Shown: positions 59,201-64,000 of the stretch, in pieces
How the letters are laid out: each line of letters starts with the position of its first letter
Position numbering within the stretch: position 1 is the first letter of the stretch
Assembly (NCBI GenBank): GCA_963717145.1
Contig: OY970325.1
Span: 2,656,001-2,720,000, forward strand
Direction: 5' to 3'
Length of the DNA stretch: 64,000 nt
From: an uncultured Armatimonadetes bacterium
GTDB lineage: Bacteria > Armatimonadota > UBA5829 > DTJY01
Position numbers and translations under genes: made by a program
The notes under the pieces: generated by a model
Seen by the model: only the letters and a program-made list of their open reading frames with translations
Database searches by the model: none
What the model was told of the DNA's origin: nothing

Positions 59201-61495
59201 AAACCGTCGACTCCAATGGTGACCGATGACGGCGATATCACGTACTCATTTGGCTCCCTGCACGCCGTCTGGGAGGCGGACGATGCTCAGAGCGGCATTG
59301 CGGAATACAGCTATGCGATCGGCACATCCCCGTATGCGACGGACGTAGCAGGCTGGACATCTTCCGGTCCGTCGGCCGGGATCAACAGGACCGGCTTGTC
59401 GCTCACCGATGGCATCTCCTACTACTTCACGGTCAAGGCAAGAAACGGAGCCGGACTCTGGAGCGATGTGGGAGTCAGCGACGGCATCAGTTGCATGGCA
59501 GCCTCGGCCTGGCCGAAGTTCCGGGCCAATGCCATGAACAGCGGAGTAAGCGAGTTCCAGGGATCCCAGTATGGCGCTCTCCTCTGGGAGTTCTCCACCT
59601 ACGGATGGGTCGAATCGTCACCGGCGATTGCAGGCGACGGGACGGTATATATCGGGTCGAGCGACGGCGCGCTGTACGCCATCGGTCGTGACGGCAACAT
59701 GCAGTGGCATCTGGAGACGGGAGGTCCCGTCGATTCCTCTCCCGCGATCGGCCCGCACGGTGAGATCTACTTCGGCTCGTACGACTTTCATCTCTATTGT
59801 GTCAGCGCGAGCGGCGCGCTCAAATGGAGCTACCGGACTTCAGACATGATCTGGTCCTCACCGGTCGTATCCGCCGATGGCACGGTGTATGTGGGCTCGC
59901 AGGACGGTTGCCTCTACGCGATCCGGCCCGACGGCACTCTGCGCTGGAAGTATCAGTCAGGCGGAGCGGTCTGGTCGTCGCCGGCGCTCAGCGAGGACGG
60001 AGTCCTCTACTTCGGCAGCGGAGATAACTACATCTACGCAATCGACGCCGAGACCGGAGACTTCGTATGGAGGTACCGGACGGACACGGCGGTCGACTCG
60101 TCACCCTGCATCGGCCCCGACGGCACGATATACGCGGGATCGGGCGACAACTACTTCTACGCGCTGAACCCTGATGGAACCCTGAAGTGGCGCGTCTACA
60201 CCGGCTGGCCGACCGATTCCTCCGCCGCGATAGGCCCGGATGGCACGATATACGTCGGGGCGGGCCATAACTGGACATACGGCATGCTGTTTGCATTCAA
60301 TCCCGACGGCACTCAGAAGTGGGTCTACGAGCTGGCTGGACAAGTCAAGTCATCGCCTGCTGTCGGCGCAGACGGGGTGATCTACTTCGGAGCGGGTGAC
60401 GGATATGTGTACGCATTGGACTCTGACGGCACTCTGAAATGGCGTCACTACACGGAAGCGGCAGTCTTGTCATCCCCCGCCATCCACAGGGACGGGATGG
60501 TATGTGTCGGATCGAGCACCGGCCGCGTCTACGCATTCAAGGATTCCGGCATCGATGACGGTACCCCGCCAACCAGACCCATCGTCACCGATGAAGGCGC
60601 CGCCACGCTCAGCACGGACAGCCTGACCGCATCCTGGACATGCAGTGACCCTGAGTCCGGGATCGCCGAATACCGATATGCCATTGGCACGTGGCCCGGC
60701 ACTGAGAACATCATCCCGTGGACTTCGGCAGGCACGCAGACCTCAGTGACGAGAAACGACCTGAGCCTGACCCAGGGAACGACCTACTACTTCTCCGTGA
60801 AGGCGCGAAACACGGCTCGCATGTGGAGTCTTACAGGAGTATCCGACGGAATCACCGCCGTTCGCGCCGAAAACACTCGGAGCATCGGCGCAACGGAGCA
60901 CCTGCCGGACGAAACGCTCGTCTATCTTGAGAGTAAGGTTACGACCGCCTCGTTTGCCGATTGCTTCTACGTCCAGGAGGGCGATCGATCCGCGGGCATC
61001 AAGATCCTGCCAAACGGAAGGCCGATCCCGCCTGAGGGCACGTCGGTGACGCTGGTTGGCAGGATGACAACCGACAATGGTGAAGCCGCGATCCTCCTCG
61101 CCACGATCCACGGTGCGGACATCATGCCAATGCCAAGGCCCATGGGCATGGTGGCCCGGGCTACCTGCCTTGGGTTACAGGCGGACCTGCGAACGGCAGG
61201 CCCTCCCGGAGTCGGATTAGAGGCGATCGGACTGCTGGTCGTCGCGCACGGGCGGATCACCGCCGTGATGTCGGATTGCTTCTTCGTAGATGATGGTTCC
61301 GGAGCGACTGACGTTTCCGGCATCCCCGGGGTGAAGGTGCGCACTCAGGGCCTCTCACCAGGGCGAACAATCGCTCCCCCTGGAGCAGTCGGCGACTGGG
61401 CGAGGGTGACGGGAGTGCTCGCCATCGAGCGCACCGCCGCTATCTTCAAGCGTGTGCTTCGTCCGCGCTCCCAGGATGACGCTGCAAAGTCCTGA
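56237..61495 (+). CDS. Giant secreted protein: two PQQ-like beta-propellers, 7+1 FN3-like repeats, shared C-terminal module
   Basis: Intact 1752-aa ORF with signal peptide; WPKF..N..N.G propeller leaders; same DDG repeat unit as the upstream gene. Confidence 0.9.
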   Translation: MTVDRLLSRIKPTLCSALIASALLFASEAVNAELASGIWPKFHANTRNTGLSTINGPDGDSLDWMFTTGGEIASSPAIAPNGRIYFTSRDQYLYAVNPDGTMAWRYDINTTLAASSPAIGADGTVYVGSEDLYIYAINADGTLKWRKGLGGQISSSPTIGSDGRIYVGVANGRLYALNPDGVIAWGFQTGAAVVSCAAIGSDGTIYVTSKDYYFYALTPGGSMRWRFATGNRIESSPAISDAGMLVFGSDDGKLYSRTPTNGANWSYTIGSIVRSSPAFGPDGTVYVGADDGYLYAFQANGVFKWRYNTGGVVRSSPAVGSDGVVYVGSQDHGIYAINPDGTLRWRHDTGGQVNSSPAIGAGGKLYAASLDGKLYAFRSDLTPPSQPSVVDDGNYSTSANSLHALWSSSDPQSGIAEYVYAIGTQPQFTDVAGWTSAGTATEITRGGLPLINATVYYISVKARNGAGLWSEIGSSDGVVVDFTAPTIPIVTDDGAFTASPSTLHASWSASDPETGVAAYEYCIGTSPGSTDVSAWTSAGTSAEVTRTDLSLTSGTTCYFAVRARSVAGLWSDPGISDGIVIDLTPPPAPIASDDGDYTSSPDSLRASWTASDPESGITGYEYSIGSTLGGDDIVGWTPIGVATEVTAGGLSLSSDTTYYFSVRALNAAGLWSDPGNSNGITVDLSQPSTPTVTDDGVATSSPGALHAAWSSGDAESGIVEYSYAIGTSPGATDVAGWTSAASATEVTRDNLSLVSGTTYYFAVKARNGAGQWSVVGMSDGILVDLTAPTAPVVTDDGQFTVSGDTLHAAWSASDPETGVSAYEYCIGTGPALTDVIPWTSTGVSTEVTRNGLVLSSGTTYYFGVRAKNGVGLWSIVGASDGILADRTAPGTPIVTDDGQFTSATNRLHASWTATDAESGIIEYQYSVGTSNDGTDIVGWTSAGAATEVTIEGLSLSDGGTYYISVRAKDNVGWWGAPGSSDGITVDLSKPSTPMVTDDGDITYSFGSLHAVWEADDAQSGIAEYSYAIGTSPYATDVAGWTSSGPSAGINRTGLSLTDGISYYFTVKARNGAGLWSDVGVSDGISCMAASAWPKFRANAMNSGVSEFQGSQYGALLWEFSTYGWVESSPAIAGDGTVYIGSSDGALYAIGRDGNMQWHLETGGPVDSSPAIGPHGEIYFGSYDFHLYCVSASGALKWSYRTSDMIWSSPVVSADGTVYVGSQDGCLYAIRPDGTLRWKYQSGGAVWSSPALSEDGVLYFGSGDNYIYAIDAETGDFVWRYRTDTAVDSSPCIGPDGTIYAGSGDNYFYALNPDGTLKWRVYTGWPTDSSAAIGPDGTIYVGAGHNWTYGMLFAFNPDGTQKWVYELAGQVKSSPAVGADGVIYFGAGDGYVYALDSDGTLKWRHYTEAAVLSSPAIHRDGMVCVGSSTGRVYAFKDSGIDDGTPPTRPIVTDEGAATLSTDSLTASWTCSDPESGIAEYRYAIGTWPGTENIIPWTSAGTQTSVTRNDLSLTQGTTYYFSVKARNTARMWSLTGVSDGITAVRAENTRSIGATEHLPDETLVYLESKVTTASFADCFYVQEGDRSAGIKILPNGRPIPPEGTSVTLVGRMTTDNGEAAILLATIHGADIMPMPRPMGMVARATCLGLQADLRTAGPPGVGLEAIGLLVVAHGRITAVMSDCFFVDDGSGATDVSGIPGVKVRTQGLSPGRTIAPPGAVGDWARVTGVLAIERTAAIFKRVLRPRSQDDAAKS

Positions 61496-61766
61496 CAGCC
61501 TCACCTCCACCAGACGCATCGATAATAAATCTCCGATATGGTTTAACGCTGACTAGCATAGGGAAATAACCCCACTGGATGTCTCAGCAGGCAAGCATGA
61601 CTCGATTACCGCCGAGGAAGGTGCCCGGGCTGGCTCGGAAGGTATGCAGCCGATGTCATGTGGTGTGTGGAACGGACCCATCGGTGGTTCACTGCGCTGG
61701 GATCAGAGGTTCGAGCGCCTGCTCCGACTTCTCCAATCAATGATTCAAAGGAGGAATCGCACTGCA

Positions 61767-62651
61767 ATGAAGAAAACACTGTTAGTCCTCACAGCCGTTC
61801 TGCTTGTCATGTCAGTCCCTGCGTACGCGGCCAGAGTATTGGCGGTACCGATCACCCATGAGCCGTCGCTGGTACTCCAGGCTTATCCAGGTGACAGCGG
61901 TGGCACGAACCTGGAGTTCCTTGGCTATCTGGGTACAGGCGATGACGTGATCTCATCTGTTCCGGGAATTCTGTCGATCGTCCCCGGCGACAACTGGGAG
62001 AACTTTATCGGCGCCGCCCAGGAGGATCCTGCGGTCCCCTACACGATCAAGAACGTGGTCCTGTGCAAGCAGACCCCGTCGATCATCCAGTGCGCAGACG
62101 TCTTCCCTGCGAAGACCATCTGCCAGCAGGGCACACCGAATATCCGCCTCTGGTGGCCTCTGATGTACGAGGCTCCTGGAACTTGCTGGACGCTCACCAT
62201 CCTCTACGGAACTTCCGTTCCCTACGATGATGACGGCGCCGGCCCGAACCCGGCCGGCTACGTTCACACCGAAGTCTGGGTCTGGTGCGTCGATGCAACA
62301 CTCGATAGCCTGTCCAATCTGTTGGAGCTCTTCCACGAGCTTCCGTTCGGCTTGGACGAGGTTCCCCTGATCTCCGATGAGGAGTTGTACCCGATCCTCC
62401 AGGAAAAGATCGATGCGATCATAGCGGCACTCGCGGCAGATCCGCCTGATCTGGGGACTGCAGGGGCTATCCTCAGCGATTTCGAGATGGAGGTTCAGGA
62501 CGCTTGCATCCCTGTCTCGCCAATGGCCCCGAACCCGACCGGTCCCGGAACCGGCATTGCTGCCACGCTGGAGAATCCGGCATGCTGCAAGCTCATGGTT
62601 GACGCCGAGTACATCGGCTTCGACCTCGGCATCTTCCAGCCGAGCAAGTAG
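61767..62651 (+). CDS. Secreted protein of unknown family, paralog 6 (closest to paralog 1)
   Basis: AAGGAGG RBS before MKKTLL; long identical stretches with 40409-41290. Confidence 0.9.
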   Translation: MKKTLLVLTAVLLVMSVPAYAARVLAVPITHEPSLVLQAYPGDSGGTNLEFLGYLGTGDDVISSVPGILSIVPGDNWENFIGAAQEDPAVPYTIKNVVLCKQTPSIIQCADVFPAKTICQQGTPNIRLWWPLMYEAPGTCWTLTILYGTSVPYDDDGAGPNPAGYVHTEVWVWCVDATLDSLSNLLELFHELPFGLDEVPLISDEELYPILQEKIDAIIAALAADPPDLGTAGAILSDFEMEVQDACIPVSPMAPNPTGPGTGIAATLENPACCKLMVDAEYIGFDLGIFQPSK

Positions 62652-62728
62652 CGGCAATGCTCATACCCCCGGGCTTGGGGAAGTGTTGAGTTAGCTGTCG
62701 AACGAACCGAATATCAGTAGTGACAACT

Positions 62729-62772
62729 AGACCCTCCATCCTCCTTCTACTGAGAAGGAGGATGGAGGGTCT
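62729..62772. terminator. Bidirectional terminator
   Basis: AGACCCTCCATCCTCCTTCT-actg-AGAAGGAGGATGGAGGGTCT, 20-bp stem. Confidence 0.8.
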
Positions 62773-62812
62773 CTCTCTTGTCGCTATGGAGGAAAAGCGA
62801 TCAGCGTCAGAG

Positions 62813-64000
62813 CTACTTCACTGTCTGAAACGCGCCGGTCGTTCTGCCAATGTACTCAATGTCTGCGAGCAGCTTGCAGCACGCGGGGTTCTCTTCGCTA
62901 TTGGCAATCCCAGTCCCCGGTCCGGTCGGACGCGGCCTCGCAGGGGAAACCGATATGCAGGCGTCCATGACTTCCATCTCGAAGTCGCCCAGCAGCATCG
63001 CCGCCGAGAGCAGATCCGGCTCCGGCCCGTCCAGGGCTTCCGCTATGCCGCCCAGCTTAGCGAGGAGCACAGGATAGAGCACCTCGTCGGAGATGAGCGG
63101 CACCTCGTCGAGGCCGAACGGCAGCTCGTGGAACAGCGCGAGCAGGTCCTTCATGCTGTCCAGAGTCGCATCCATGTACCACTGTCGCGTCTGGGAGTGA
63201 TAGTAGCCGGCCGGGTTCGGGCCGGCGCCGTCATCGTCGTACTGGTTGTTGGTTCCGTACTGGATTGTGAGCGTCCATGTGGTACCCGGGACCTCGTACA
63301 TCAGAGGCCACCAGCGGCGGATGCCGGAGGTACCCTGCTGGCAGATGGTCTTCGCAGGGAAGACGTCGGCACACTGGATGATCGACGGGGTCTGCTTGCA
63401 GAGAGTGACGTTCTTCAGGTTGTAGGGTATGCCTTCCTGCGCAGCTCGGACGAAATTCGACCATTTGTCACCCGGTACGATCGAGAGCACTCCGGGTACG
63501 GCCGAGATCGTGTCGCCGGAGTTTCCCAGGTGACCCATATAGTGTACGTTCGTGCCCTCGGAGCTGCCCGGGTATGCCTGAAGCAGTGCGTGCGGACCCG
63601 GAGGAGGCGGAGGCTCGACCGCCGCATTCGCGACCCAGAAGGCGACCGTCACCGGTACGATCTGACCGGGAGCCAGGTTGCCAAGAGACCATTTCATAGC
63701 GCCGGCGATCTCAGTCGGCCCCGCGGAAGGGGTGTTGGGAAGCGTGTCGGCGTATATGTTCTGAAGAATACCCGGGGGCGGTGCGCCAACGTGCCCTGCC
63801 AGGGTTCCCAGCCCGAACGCTGTCGGCTGGACACTCGAACTGAACCCGACGAGGTCACTTCCCTCCGGCTCCCGCAACGATGCACCGAATGTGGTGATAT
63901 CGTAGTGGTGTTCCGGCATGCCGCCCTGGTTGTAGAGAGTGGGATCGAATACGCCGAAATTGTTGGGTAAGTTGTCGTCGTTGGGATGCGAGTGCAAGAG
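62813..64000 (-). CDS. Longer protein (5' end probably outside the window) with the unknown-family domain at its C-terminus, paralog 7
   Basis: Unrelated N-terminal region, PPPPPGP linker, then LLQAYPG...ENPACCKL. Confidence 0.85.
   Translation of the reverse strand, partial: LLHSHPNDDNLPNNFGVFDPTLYNQGGMPEHHYDITTFGASLREPEGSDLVGFSSSVQPTAFGLGTLAGHVGAPPPGILQNIYADTLPNTPSAGPTEIAGAMKWSLGNLAPGQIVPVTVAFWVANAAVEPPPPPGPHALLQAYPGSSEGTNVHYMGHLGNSGDTISAVPGVLSIVPGDKWSNFVRAAQEGIPYNLKNVTLCKQTPSIIQCADVFPAKTICQQGTSGIRRWWPLMYEVPGTTWTLTIQYGTNNQYDDDGAGPNPAGYYHSQTRQWYMDATLDSMKDLLALFHELPFGLDEVPLISDEVLYPVLLAKLGGIAEALDGPEPDLLSAAMLLGDFEMEVMDACISVSPARPRPTGPGTGIANSEENPACCKLLADIEYIGRTTGAFQTVK

Noticed and set aside
1-64000. 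tRNA or rRNA genes
   Set aside because: No cloverleaf or rRNA-like conserved sequence was recognised by eye.

Overview
GC-rich bacterial chromosomal window. PEP-CTERM proteins, outer-membrane proteins and a recurring C-terminal module suggest Armatimonadota (inference only). About 13 single-base frameshifts, several in C/G homopolymers or CCTGG contexts, look like long-read errors. Left half: two secreted amidase/PLL-lectin proteins, housekeeping hydrolases, two near-identical copies of a 1362-bp DDE insertion sequence, an IS66 inserted into a REP-like palindrome, and a nitrogen cluster (gdhA; glnA, GlnR-like regulator, glnA) with an actinobacterial-style GlnR box. Right half (33-64 kb): a cell-surface island. 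It holds seven paralogs of an unrecognised secreted ~280-aa domain (five in tandem, one more stand-alone, one fused to a longer protein), three giant secreted proteins sharing a ~200-aa C-terminal module, two PEP-CTERM genes with canonical sigma54 promoters, a LolA-like protein and a metallophosphoesterase-tetraheme cytochrome fusion. This island is the best candidate for an undescribed system. All product calls are from motif recognition by eye; no searches were run.
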